Source: Isosphaeraceae bacterium (GTDB lineage Bacteria; Planctomycetota; Planctomycetia; Isosphaerales; Isosphaeraceae). Taken from it: a stretch of 20,000 nucleotides of DNA. The notes under the pieces are model-generated. The model was given only the letters and a program-made list of their open reading frames with translations, was not told the origin of the DNA and made no database searches. Shown here piece after piece: positions 1-8,602 of this stretch. Position numbers and translations under genes: made by a program. Location: the NCBI GenBank assembly GCA_965201075.1, contig CBDAVP010000013.1, positions 45,730-65,729 on the forward strand. The letters are read 5' to 3'. Positions within the stretch are counted from its first letter, which is position 1, and each line of letters begins with the position of its first letter.

Positions 1-2
1 GC

Positions 3-2036
3 CAGACCTGGGCCTTTCGCCCCCCGGTCGACCCGCCCGTCCCGGCCGTGGCCGACGCTCGCTGGCCCGTCAACGATGTCGATCGGTTTATCCTGAGCCG
101 TCTGGAGTCCGAAGGGATCGCGCCCGCTCCCGTGACCGACCGCCGCACGCTGATCCGTCGAGCCACGTTCGACCTGACCGGCCTGCCGCCGACGCCCGAG
201 GAGGTCGACGCCTTTCTCAACGACGAGTCGCCCGGGGCGTTCGCCTTGGTGGTGGAACGCTTGCTGGCCTCGCCCGCGTATGGCGAGCGCTGGGGGCGTC
301 ACTGGCTCGACCTGGTTCGCTATGCCGACACCGCCGGGTGCAACTCGGATTTTCCGGTCCCCTCGGCCCGCCGTTACCGCGATTACGTCATCGCCGCGTT
401 CAACGACGACAAGCCGTATGACCAGTTCCTCCGTGAGCAACTGGCCGGCGACCTGCTGGATGATCGGACCGAGGCTCAGAAGCAAGACTGGCTCGCCACG
501 ACCGGCGGCCTGCTGGGGGAGGCGCCCGACGAGGCTCGCCGCCTGGAGCGAATCGTCGCCACCGGCTACCTCGCCACGGCCCGGCGGTTCGGCTCCAGCC
601 CCGGCGAGTTCCACCTGACCCTCGACGACGCGATCGACAATCTGGGCAAGGCGTTCCTCGGCCTCTCCCTGGGCTGCGCCCGCTGCCACGACCACAAGTT
701 CGACCCGATCCCCACCGCCGACTATTACGCCCTCTACGGCATCCTCGACAGCGCCACGTTTGCCTATCCGGGGCTCGAAAACAAGCCGAGGGCTCACGAC
801 TTCGTCGCCCTGGGCAGCGCCCCCGAGGCCCAGGCCCTGCATGACTTCCAGTCCGAGACCTCTGCCCTGGAGCAACGCCTCCGCTTCGGCAAGGGGGAGA
901 TCGACTCTCCGCCCGCTGGCAAGACCCGCGAGCAGGTTCAGGCCGAACTGAAAGCGGCCAAGATCCGGCTCAAGGACCTGGACGAGCACCCCCCGGCCAT
1001 CGCCAAGGCCTATGCCGTGGCCGAGGGCAAGCCGCACGACGCCCCCATCTTCAAGAAAGGGGAACCGGCTCACCAAGGGCCGATTGTCCCCCGAGGATTT
1101 CTCCAGGTGCTTGGCGGCGCTCGGTTGCCCGAGGAGGTCAAGGCTGGGTCGAGCGGCCGTCGAGAGTTGGCCGGCTGGCTGACCGACCCAGCCAACCCCC
1201 TGACGGCCCGGGTGATGGTCAACCGCGTCTGGCAGCACCACTTCGGCCGGGGGATCGTCGCCACGCCCAACGACTTCGGCGTCCGCGGCAAGCCCCCCAC
1301 CCACCCCGAGTTGCTCGACCACCTGGCCGTCCGGTTCGTCGCCGAGGGCTGGTCAATCAAGACCCTGCACCGCCGGTTGCTCCTGTCCCGAACCTATCAA
1401 CTGGCCTGCTCCGACGACCCCACGGTGCTGGCGGCCGACCCGACCAACGCCTGGTTCGGCCGGGGCACCCGTCGACGGCTCTCGGCCGAGGAACTGCGCG
1501 ATGGCCTGCTCGCCATCGCTGGCACGTTGGATCGTTCCCCTCGCGGCGATTTCCCGCTGGGCCTCGAAGGAAAATGGCACTACACCCAGCACGAGCAGTT
1601 CGCGGCGCCCGAGTCATTCGACGACCAGCGACGCACCGTCTACCAGATCCAGCAACGCCTGCGACGTCGACGCATCCTGGAAGTCTTCGACGGCCCCGAT
1701 CCCAACGCCACCACGCCCGACCGCCCATTGAGCACCACGGCGATCCAGGCCCTTTACCTGATGAATGACCCGTTCGTCCACGCCCGAGCCGGAGAACTGG
1801 CCGGACGACTTCGCGACGCGGCCTCCGACGACGCCTCACGCATCGACCTGGCCCATCGACTGGCCTTCGGCCGCCCCGCCGCTCCCGAGGAACTGGCCGA
1901 CGGCCTGCGCTACCTGGACGAGACCCAGCCCGCTCTGGCCGAGGCCGGCATTCCCCCTGACCGTCTCGCCACCGCGTCTCTGGAAAGCCTCCTGCGCGTC
2001 CTGCTCAGCAGCAACGCCTTCCTGTTCGTTGACTGA
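3..2036 (+). CDS. DUF1549/DUF1553 (PSD1, planctomycete cytochrome c-associated) domain protein, 5'-partial
   Basis: Frame is open from the window edge (QTWAFRPP, the usual start of DUF1549). Motifs: RRTLIRRATFDLTGLPPT, YGERWGRHWLDLVRYAD, YRDYVIAAFNDDKPYDQF, a heme-type CARCH in LGCARCHDHKFDPI, NPLTARVMVNRVWQHHFGRGIV, PTHPELLDHLA and RRLSAEELRD. Followed by a DUF1501 gene, the typical planctomycete pairing. Confidence 0.95.
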   Translation, partial: QTWAFRPPVDPPVPAVADARWPVNDVDRFILSRLESEGIAPAPVTDRRTLIRRATFDLTGLPPTPEEVDAFLNDESPGAFALVVERLLASPAYGERWGRHWLDLVRYADTAGCNSDFPVPSARRYRDYVIAAFNDDKPYDQFLREQLAGDLLDDRTEAQKQDWLATTGGLLGEAPDEARRLERIVATGYLATARRFGSSPGEFHLTLDDAIDNLGKAFLGLSLGCARCHDHKFDPIPTADYYALYGILDSATFAYPGLENKPRAHDFVALGSAPEAQALHDFQSETSALEQRLRFGKGEIDSPPAGKTREQVQAELKAAKIRLKDLDEHPPAIAKAYAVAEGKPHDAPIFKKGEPAHQGPIVPRGFLQVLGGARLPEEVKAGSSGRRELAGWLTDPANPLTARVMVNRVWQHHFGRGIVATPNDFGVRGKPPTHPELLDHLAVRFVAEGWSIKTLHRRLLLSRTYQLACSDDPTVLAADPTNAWFGRGTRRRLSAEELRDGLLAIAGTLDRSPRGDFPLGLEGKWHYTQHEQFAAPESFDDQRRTVYQIQQRLRRRRILEVFDGPDPNATTPDRPLSTTAIQALYLMNDPFVHARAGELAGRLRDAASDDASRIDLAHRLAFGRPAAPEELADGLRYLDETQPALAEAGIPPDRLATASLESLLRVLLSSNAFLFVD

Positions 2037-2089
2037 TGGATCGGACGCGATCTCCCGCACATTCGCCAAGCCAGCCGGAGGGCCCCGCC

Positions 2090-3478
2090 ATGACCGCCAC
2101 GCCGAACCGTCGCCAGGTCATCCGCTCGCTCGCGGGCAGTTCGCTGATGTTCCCGGGCCTGCTGTCCTGGATGCTGGGCGAAGGGGCGACCCCAGCCAGA
2201 GCCTCCGAGACCTCGGGCCCCGGAGTCGACCCCCTGGCCCCTCACCCCGGGCACTTCGCGGGCAAGGCCAAGCGGGTCATCATGCTGCACATGAGCGGCG
2301 GCGTCTCGCACCTGGATACTTTCGACCCCAAGCCTCGTCTGACCGCCGACCACGGCAAACCAAGCCCGTTCCACCGCCCCTACCTGGCCAGCCCCTGGAA
2401 GTTCCGCCCCCGAGGCCAGAGCGGCGTCGAGGTCAGTGAGCTGTTCGAACAGGTCGGCGACTGCATGGACGACATCGCCCTCATCCGCTCGATGCACGGC
2501 GATCACGGCGACCACACCCAGGCCACCCTGGGGTTGCACACCGGGTCGTTCTCATTCGCCAGGCCGAGCCTGGGGTCATGGGTCAGCTACGGTTTGGGGA
2601 CCGAGAACCGCAACCTTCCGTCGTTCGTGGTCCTTGCGCCGAAGGTCCCCTACACCGGCACTCAGGCGTGGGGCTCCGACTTCCTGCCCGGCTGCCACCA
2701 GGGGACACGGGTCCTGGCCGGCGCCGAGCCGATCCCCGACCTGAACCGCCGCTGCGTCTCGGAGCGGCTCCAGCAGGCGGAACTGGCGTTCCTGGACCGT
2801 TTCAACCACAACCACCAGCGAGACCGCTCGGCCGACCCCGCCCTGGCCGCCCGCATCCGCTCGTTCGAGACCGCCTTCGGCATGCAGCAGGCGATGCCCG
2901 AGGTGCTGGACATGACCAGGGAATCTGACGCCACGCTGGCTCTCTACGGATTGGAGCGAGGCAGCACCCAGGGTTTCGCCTGGCAATGCCTGATCGCCCG
3001 TCGACTGGCCGAGCGTGGCGTCCGGTTCGTCGAACTGATCGACACCGGATCATCCCACAACTGGGACGCCCACAGCGGCCTGAAGAACCATGAGAACCTC
3101 GCGAAGAATGTCGACCGGCCGATCGCCGGGCTGCTGAAAGACCTGAAAAGCCGCGGCCTGCTGGACGAGACCCTGGTGATCTGGACCACCGAGTTCGGTC
3201 GATCCGCCCACATCGACGCGCCCGACGGCCGCAACCATCAGAACACCGCCTTCACCTGCTGGATGGCCGGAGGCGGCGTCAAGGGCGGGGTCGTCCACGG
3301 CGCCACCGACGACTACGGCCACACGGTCGCCGCCGACGGCGTCCACGTCCACGACTTCCACGCCACGGTCCTGCACCTGCTGGGCTTCGACCACGAAAAG
3401 CTCACCTACCGCCACGCCGGACGAGACTTCCGCCTCACCGACGTCTCGGGCAAGGTCGTCCAGGCGATTTTGGCGTGA
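2090..3478 (+). CDS. DUF1501 domain protein (sulfatase/alkaline-phosphatase-like fold), probable Tat substrate
   Basis: ATG at 2090 preceded by GGAGGG. Twin-Arg leader NRRQVIRS. Motifs AKRVIMLHMSGGVSHLDTFDPKP, RPSLGSWVSYGLG, CLIARRLAERGVRFVE, WDAH, LDETLVIWTTEFGR and HVHDFHATVLHLLG..HEKLTYRHAGRDFRLTDV. Confidence 0.95.
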   Translation: MTATPNRRQVIRSLAGSSLMFPGLLSWMLGEGATPARASETSGPGVDPLAPHPGHFAGKAKRVIMLHMSGGVSHLDTFDPKPRLTADHGKPSPFHRPYLASPWKFRPRGQSGVEVSELFEQVGDCMDDIALIRSMHGDHGDHTQATLGLHTGSFSFARPSLGSWVSYGLGTENRNLPSFVVLAPKVPYTGTQAWGSDFLPGCHQGTRVLAGAEPIPDLNRRCVSERLQQAELAFLDRFNHNHQRDRSADPALAARIRSFETAFGMQQAMPEVLDMTRESDATLALYGLERGSTQGFAWQCLIARRLAERGVRFVELIDTGSSHNWDAHSGLKNHENLAKNVDRPIAGLLKDLKSRGLLDETLVIWTTEFGRSAHIDAPDGRNHQNTAFTCWMAGGGVKGGVVHGATDDYGHTVAADGVHVHDFHATVLHLLGFDHEKLTYRHAGRDFRLTDVSGKVVQAILA

Positions 3479-3526
3479 TTGCCCGTTGAATTCTCCGGGG
3501 GGCCGGCTCTGGGTCGGTCGTCACGC

Positions 3527-4126
3527 ATGGCCTTCGGCGATTTCACCCTGAAAACGGCCCGCGATTGTTTCGGCCTCTCGACGGACGAACAGGTTGATCT
3601 ATTCGCCGGTGTCGCACCCGTCGACATCCCCGGGAGTTTCGGGAGACGCTCGACCAGTGGACACCGATTGCCCTGGCGATGAACACCGAGAAGGCGTGAT
3701 CCGAGATGATCATCGCGCCGATCCTGATGGAGGCCGTCCCTCGCCTCAACGGCCGGGTGCGGCTGTTTTCGGGTCTAGCCTTCGATGTCGATCGGGACCG
3801 CGGGCTGAATGGGGTCTGCGACTATCTTTTCTCCCGCTCACCCGAAATGTATTTCGTCAGCCATCCGGTCTTCGCCGTGGTCGAAGCGAAGAAGGAGGAT
3901 GTCATCGCGGGGATCGGGCAGTGCGCCGCGGCGATGGTCGCCGCTCAGGTCTTCAATGAACGCGAGGGTAGTGCTTCGCAATTCGTCCATGGGGCGGTGA
4001 CTAGCGGTAGTGTCTGGCGGTTCCTGAAACTCGACGGGTCGAAGGTCCTCATCGATCGTACCGAGTATTACCTTCCAGCAGGCCGACAAGATCCTCGGTA
4101 TCCTACTCGCCATTGCCGAGGGCTGA
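3527..4126 (+). pseudogene. Disrupted ~200-aa PD-(D/E)xK / restriction-endonuclease-like conserved protein (family starting MAFxDFTL)
   Basis: Three pieces join into one coherent protein: MAFGDFTLKT..VAPVDIP (from 3527); frameshift at the C-run 3628-3631; FRETLDQWTPIALAMNTEKA*SEMIIAPIL with in-frame TGA at 3697-3699; GLNGVCDYLFS..VVEAKKE..GIGQCAAAMVAAQ..GAVTSGSVWRFLKL..EYYL; frameshift at ~4074; QQADKILGILLAIAEG* (stop 4124-4126). Confidence 0.8.
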
Positions 4127-5338
4127 TCCGGCCCCGGAGTCCGGCCTTGGGATCAGCCGACTCATGACCAGGCCAAACACCCCGCAGGCGGCGACCACGC
4201 CGGCCATCGGCAGGGCGCCGTGCCCCTCGAAGGCGCCGACGGCCAAAGGCGCCATGGCGGCCAGGCCGAAATGGATCGTTCCCAGCAACGCCGAGGCCGC
4301 GCCGGCGTTCCTCGGGTGCGGGGCCATCGCCAGCGCCGTCGAGTTCGGCCCGATGAACCCCATCCCCATCAGGTACACGAACAAAGGCACCACCAGGCCC
4401 ACCAGGCCGCCCCAACCCGTCCACGCCGAGAGCACCAGAACCGCCCCCGCGAGCGTCTGCGCCACGCAAGCGGCACGCACCACCCGCACCGGACCGACCG
4501 CGTGAGGTAGGCGGCCGTTGATCTGCGAAGCGGCGATCAGGCCGATCGAATTGATCCCGAAGATCCAGCCGTAACGCTCCTCGGGCACCCCATAGAGCTT
4601 CATGAACACGAACGGCGAGCCGGCGATGTAGGCAAAGATGCCCGCCAGGCTCGACCCAGCGACCAGGGCATTGACCATGAACGCCCGATCCATCAGCAAG
4701 CGTACATAGGTCGTTACGATCCGCCCAAGATGGAGCGACTGGACCGCCTCGGCCCGATGCGTCTCCGGCAGGCGGAAATGCACGGCCGCCAGGGCGAGCA
4801 TTCCCAAAATCGCCAGCAGCCAGAAAATCGCCGCCCAACCGAGGTTGACCAAAATGATCCCACCGAGCGTTGGCGCCACGATCGGCGCCACGCCCATCAC
4901 CAGCATGAGTGCCGAATAAACCCGCCGCGTCTCCTCGGGCGGAAAGAGGTCGCGCACCATCGCCCGGGTCACCACGCTGCCGGCGCACGCCCCCAGAGCC
5001 TGAAAGACTCGCATCGCCGCCAGCCACCCCACCGAAGGAGCCAGCGCGCAGCCGACCGAGGCCAACGAAAACAGCGTCAGGCTCGCGTACAGCGGCGGCT
5101 TTCGGCCGAATCGGTCGGCGATCGGCCCATACACCGCCTGGCCCAGCGCATACCCCAGGAAGAACGTCGTCAGGGTGAACTGGACCGACGCTTCATCGGT
5201 GCGGAAGACCTGCGTCAACGTCTTGAGCGACGGCAGGTACATGTCGATCGACAGCGACGCGAACGCCGTCAACGCCCCGAGAATCCCCACCAGCTCCGCG
5301 TGGCTCCGCCGCGGCGCTTCGACTTCGGTCATGCTCAT
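4103..5338 (-). CDS. Bcr/CflA family (DHA1) multidrug efflux MFS transporter
   Basis: SIDMYLPSL, motif A GPIADRFGRKP, MRVFQALGACAG, RAMVRDLF, APIVAPTLGG, LPET, AYIAGSPFVF and AGAASALLG; about 12 hydrophobic segments. Start ATG 5338 (5332 alternative) after GGGAG. Confidence 0.93.
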   Translation of the reverse strand: MSMTEVEAPRRSHAELVGILGALTAFASLSIDMYLPSLKTLTQVFRTDEASVQFTLTTFFLGYALGQAVYGPIADRFGRKPPLYASLTLFSLASVGCALAPSVGWLAAMRVFQALGACAGSVVTRAMVRDLFPPEETRRVYSALMLVMGVAPIVAPTLGGIILVNLGWAAIFWLLAILGMLALAAVHFRLPETHRAEAVQSLHLGRIVTTYVRLLMDRAFMVNALVAGSSLAGIFAYIAGSPFVFMKLYGVPEERYGWIFGINSIGLIAASQINGRLPHAVGPVRVVRAACVAQTLAGAVLVLSAWTGWGGLVGLVVPLFVYLMGMGFIGPNSTALAMAPHPRNAGAASALLGTIHFGLAAMAPLAVGAFEGHGALPMAGVVAACGVFGLVMSRLIPRPDSGAGSALGNGE

Positions 5339-5391
5339 CGACGTTGGCAACTCCCGGCCGGCGCGGACGGACTCCCATCCCTGGTGGCCCC

Positions 5392-5397
5392 ATTGTA
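5392..5397 (-). promoter_or_regulatory. Possible sigma70 -10 element (TACAAT) for the MFS gene
   Basis: TACAAT on the minus strand about 55 nt upstream of the MFS start in a very GC-rich spacer; no convincing -35. Confidence 0.3.
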
Positions 5398-5607
5398 GAG
5401 ACCGCCGGCAACCCCCCGACCCCGCTCAGGGCAACAAGGTTCGCACCAAGATCCGCCCAACCTCCCGCCCGCCGATGACAAGGGAAACTTCAACTCCCCG
5501 CCGACCATTCCCAGGACAGAGGCTCGGGGCACTCCCGCCGATTGACCTCCCTCCGGAACGATTCGCTCGGCGTCCTGAGCGGCCGGTGCCGCCGCCGCAG
5601 CAACGGG

Positions 5608-5913
5608 CTAGACGTCGGCAGCCTCCTCCCTACGGATCTGTTCCTGCCGCCGATTCCAAGTGCGGATGGCCACCGACAGGAGCAACCCGTAAGGCAGCCA
5701 GAGCAGGGGCCGGATCTCGAGCGGGGTCCACCAGAGGGCGGCCAGGAAGGCGGTCACGGCGACCCAGCACAGGGCCGAAGCCCGGATCGCGAAAGTCCGC
5801 TCACGTGCCCCCGCCGTGCGAGTGATCCCGAAATAGGTCCCGAGGATGCCGCCAAGGACTCCGATTGCCGTGCCGCCGATCCCACCGACGTGGCCAATCG
5901 TTCGAGGATCCAT
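5608..5913 (-). CDS. Small hypothetical membrane protein (101 aa, about 3 TM helices)
   Basis: ATG start after a G-rich RBS-like tract; Gly-rich first helix (GGIGGTAIGVLGGILGTYF), two further hydrophobic segments and a charged tail; co-oriented with neighbours. Confidence 0.75.
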   Translation of the reverse strand: MDPRTIGHVGGIGGTAIGVLGGILGTYFGITRTAGARERTFAIRASALCWVAVTAFLAALWWTPLEIRPLLWLPYGLLLSVAIRTWNRRQEQIRREEAADV

Positions 5914-5974
5914 GCTTCACCCCCCGCCGCCCAACGACAAAGTTCCGTGGACCGGCCCGCCTCACCTACCCCGG

Positions 5975-5983
5975 ATTGTACCA
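5975..5983 (-). promoter_or_regulatory. Possible extended -10 promoter (TGGTACAAT) for the 5608-5913 gene
   Basis: TGnTACAAT on the minus strand in an intergenic gap about 60 nt upstream of ATG 5913. Confidence 0.35.
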
Positions 5984-6022
5984 AAACTTGTGGAGGCGAA
6001 ACGGGCCCACTGCGACGCCAGG

Positions 6023-6403
6023 TTAGGCGAGGCCCTCCCGGAGCCAGAACGGCACCGCACCCCATTCCGCCGCGAGCGACTGACCGACCTGCTTGACCCA
6101 TTCCGGCGATTGAAGCGCATGATGCCACGCCCGCTCGAACTCCTGCGCCTCGACGGGCTCCGCCGCGGGCCGGCCGGCAACCGCCTTCTCCTTGCGGCTA
6201 AACAAACGCCCGCATAATTGCCCATATCGGTCGCACCAGTGGGCTCGGTCGTATCGTAAGACCCGCCCCTCGCCGTAGTCCTCGACCTGCCGCGACGCAT
6301 ACCGATCGTCGGCGATCTCGACGTACCGCCGGCAATCGCCCCACCCGGCGGCGAGGGAGCCTTGGCGGAGGGGCCGCCCCGGTTCCCTGAAGTATCGGGG
6401 CAT
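6023..6403 (-). CDS. Hypothetical protein (126 aa)
   Basis: ATG 6403 after GGAGGG, 29 nt downstream of the GT stop. Protein-like composition with pattern WG..RYVEIADD.YASRQVE.Y..G.VLRYDR.H..D.YGQL..EFERAW. Confidence 0.7.
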   Translation of the reverse strand: MPRYFREPGRPLRQGSLAAGWGDCRRYVEIADDRYASRQVEDYGEGRVLRYDRAHWCDRYGQLCGRLFSRKEKAVAGRPAAEPVEAQEFERAWHHALQSPEWVKQVGQSLAAEWGAVPFWLREGLA

Positions 6404-6432
6404 GGGCCCATCCCTCCGCCGCCCGACAAGAA

Positions 6433-7035
6433 TTACCTCATCAGCCCTTTTGCCCTGGCCAATTCATCATACAAGCTAGCAAACTCGTCCACCATCGTCT
6501 CAACCCGGAATTCCTCCGCCACGCGAACACGCCCCGCCTCCCCCAGCCGACGGGCGAGTTCCGGATCGTCAATCACCGTGCGGATCGCCTGCGCCAACGC
6601 CTTGGGCGAGTGCGTCGGTACGAGCAATCCCGTCCGGCCGTCGGCGACCACCTCGGTCGTCCCTGGCGCGGCGGTGGCGACCACCGGCTTGCCCATCCGC
6701 ATCGCCTCCAGCACCACGTTGGGGAGCCCTTCGTAATAACTTGGCAAGACCATCAAATCCGACGCGGCCAGCAACCGCGGCACGTCCGGCCGATGCCCCG
6801 TGAACCGGACCAGCCCCGCTCCGTCGAGCAGCCAGAAGGCCCGGGCCGTTCCTTCCAACCGCTCTCGCAAGGGGCCGTCGCCGACGATCAGGGTCCGCAG
6901 GTTCGGCCGGACGTGCTGCAAAAGGTCCAGCGCCGTGACAAGGTCGTCCACCCCCTTTTGCGGCGCCAGGCGACCGGCGAACAGAGCTACATAAGCGTCC
7001 GCGGGCCAGCCGAACTCGGCCCGCACCCCGTCGCG
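6433..7035 (-). CDS. GT4 (GT-B) glycosyltransferase, C-terminal domain only (5'-truncated at junction)
   Basis: FAGRLAPQKG, LIVGDGPLR, FTGHRPDVPRLLAASD, PSYYEGLPNVVLEAM (E-x7-E) and GKPVVAT. Similarity begins at the interdomain linker (RDGVRAEFG); the N-terminal acceptor domain is absent and there is no RBS. Confidence 0.88.
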   Translation of the reverse strand, partial: RDGVRAEFGWPADAYVALFAGRLAPQKGVDDLVTALDLLQHVRPNLRTLIVGDGPLRERLEGTARAFWLLDGAGLVRFTGHRPDVPRLLAASDLMVLPSYYEGLPNVVLEAMRMGKPVVATAAPGTTEVVADGRTGLLVPTHSPKALAQAIRTVIDDPELARRLGEAGRVRVAEEFRVETMVDEFASLYDELARAKGLMR

Positions 7036-7433
7036 AGACGGACCCGCGCTTCCCGCCGCAGCAGATCCAGCACGCGCCGTTTCAGGAAGGTTGCGTCGCC
7101 GCTCACGCGTATCTCGCCGGCCTCAAGCCAGGCACCGCCCCTGCCCGACGGCACGTGGCGGATCGGCGTCGGCTGGCCGCATATCGGCACGCTTCCACCA
7201 TCTGCCAAGGCGATGCGTGGCGGAAGCCGATCCAGACGGTCCCGTACCCAGTCGGCATGGCCTTGCAGCAGCGAGAGCCCGGCCGACCGGGACGCCCGGA
7301 GCGGGAGCGTCACGACGACCTGGCCATCCGCGGCGTCGATCCGCAAGCTGACACGGCGGGCGCGGGCGCTACGGCGAAAGCACACCGGCATCACCGCGCC
7401 GGCCAATGCAATCATCTCCGTCTGGTCCGCCAT
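7030..7433 (-). CDS. M48/YgjP (DUF45) family metallopeptidase-like protein, N-terminal part only (3'-truncated at junction)
   Basis: ATG 7433; RRSARARRVSLRID..GQVVVTLP..WVRDRL..RREARVRLA is the typical DUF45 N-terminus. The frame then runs into GT sequence out of frame and stops at 6987; no WGSC or HExxH motif. Confidence 0.8.
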
Positions 7434-7513
7434 AGGGTCCGATCTGCCCTGGCGGCCACAGGCCTGCAAACATGCCATGGCCTATGGCTGGGATGCCTGT
7501 GCGGGCAGCCAGG

Positions 7514-8543
7514 TCACCAGGTCCCGAACAGCCGCCGCTTGCGTGGCCGCGCCCGGATCGCCGAGATCGATGCCGCGGCGAGCAGCCCGACACCGACCAT
7601 GACGGCCACACGGTTCTGGTTCGCCAGCATCTGCACGCTGAACGCTCGGCTTTCTCCATCGAACGGACCATGGGTGCCGTGCAGCCGCTTCGCCGGGCCG
7701 AACAGGTTGCTGTCCCGCGCCGCCACCTGGCCACCTCGGTCCGTTTGCTGGGCAGTGACGGCGAACCGGCCCATCAGCCAGTCCAGCAATCCCGGGACCA
7801 GCTTGTTGGCCGCAGCGCCGAGCACGGTGCTGCTCGTGACCTTCACCTCACGCCGCCGGCTTGTTGCAGCGAGCAGGATGGCATCGGCCATGATCTCCGG
7901 CTGGTAGATCGGCGGCGGTGGGCGCACCGGCTTCGGCATGTGTGACGCCGCGTGGTTGTAGAACGGCGTGTTCACGGCCGGGGGATGCACCATCGTCACA
8001 TGCACCCTGCTGCGGTCGGCGATCAGTTCGCTGCGGATTGCTTCCGTGAAGCCGCGGCCGGCGTACTTGCTCCCGGAATACGGCGACATCAGCGGCACCG
8101 CCCGGTAGCTGATGGTCGACAGGACCTGAACCACGGTGCCCTGGTCGCGGGGGATCATCCCGCCGCAGCGCAACCCGCGTCCCGTTCACGAGTCCCAGGT
8201 AGTTGACCTCGGTGACCTGGCGGAATTCTTGTTCCGTTATGTCCAGGAATCGGCCGTAAACGGACACTCCGGCGTTGTTCACCCAGACATCGATGGGGCC
8301 GAGTTCCGCCTCGATGTGCCCGGCCGCCCGTTCCAGTGCGGCACTGTCGGCGACGTCAGCAACCGCGACAGAGGCCGTTCCGCCAGCCTCGATCACGTCT
8401 TTCCGGGTCTGGTCGAGCCCGTCCTCGCCGCGGGCGATCAAGCCGACGCGCCACCCTGCGCGGGCAAAGCGGGCCGCGGTCGCGCGCCCGATCCCGGAAC
8501 TTGCACCTGTGATGGCAACGACGCGATGGTTTGGGTCAGGCAA
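7514..8543 (-). pseudogene. SDR family oxidoreductase (~340-aa extended type) with one frameshift
   Basis: TTG 8543 after GGAG; TGASSGIG, ADVAD and NNAG in one frame; after VALRR an extra G (plus-strand CCC at 8159-8161) shifts to MIPRDQGTVVQV..YSGSK (YxxxK), PPAVNTP, PPPIYQPE and a hydrophobic tail ending at 7514. Could be a sequencing error. Confidence 0.85.
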
Positions 8544-8602
8544 TGGGATAACTCCGTGCGGGTCAGTTATGGGCGGGATGCCAAGCCAAGGGTTTGCGCC
8601 GC

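Noticed and set aside
2036..2089. Upstream ATG overlapping the DUF1553 stop (TGATG) as the DUF1501 start
   Set aside because: ATG 2090 has a good RBS and places the twin-Arg motif near the N-terminus; the 18-aa extension is low-information.
5351..5607. Riboswitch or ncRNA in the ~260-bp gap upstream of the MFS gene
   Set aside because: No recognisable conserved aptamer motif, terminator or repeat by eye; an Rfam search would be needed.
6987..7478. M48 ORF as a complete 163-aa protein or a functional M48-GT fusion
   Set aside because: The two parts are in different frames, the M48 part lacks HExxH, and its tail is out-of-frame GT sequence.
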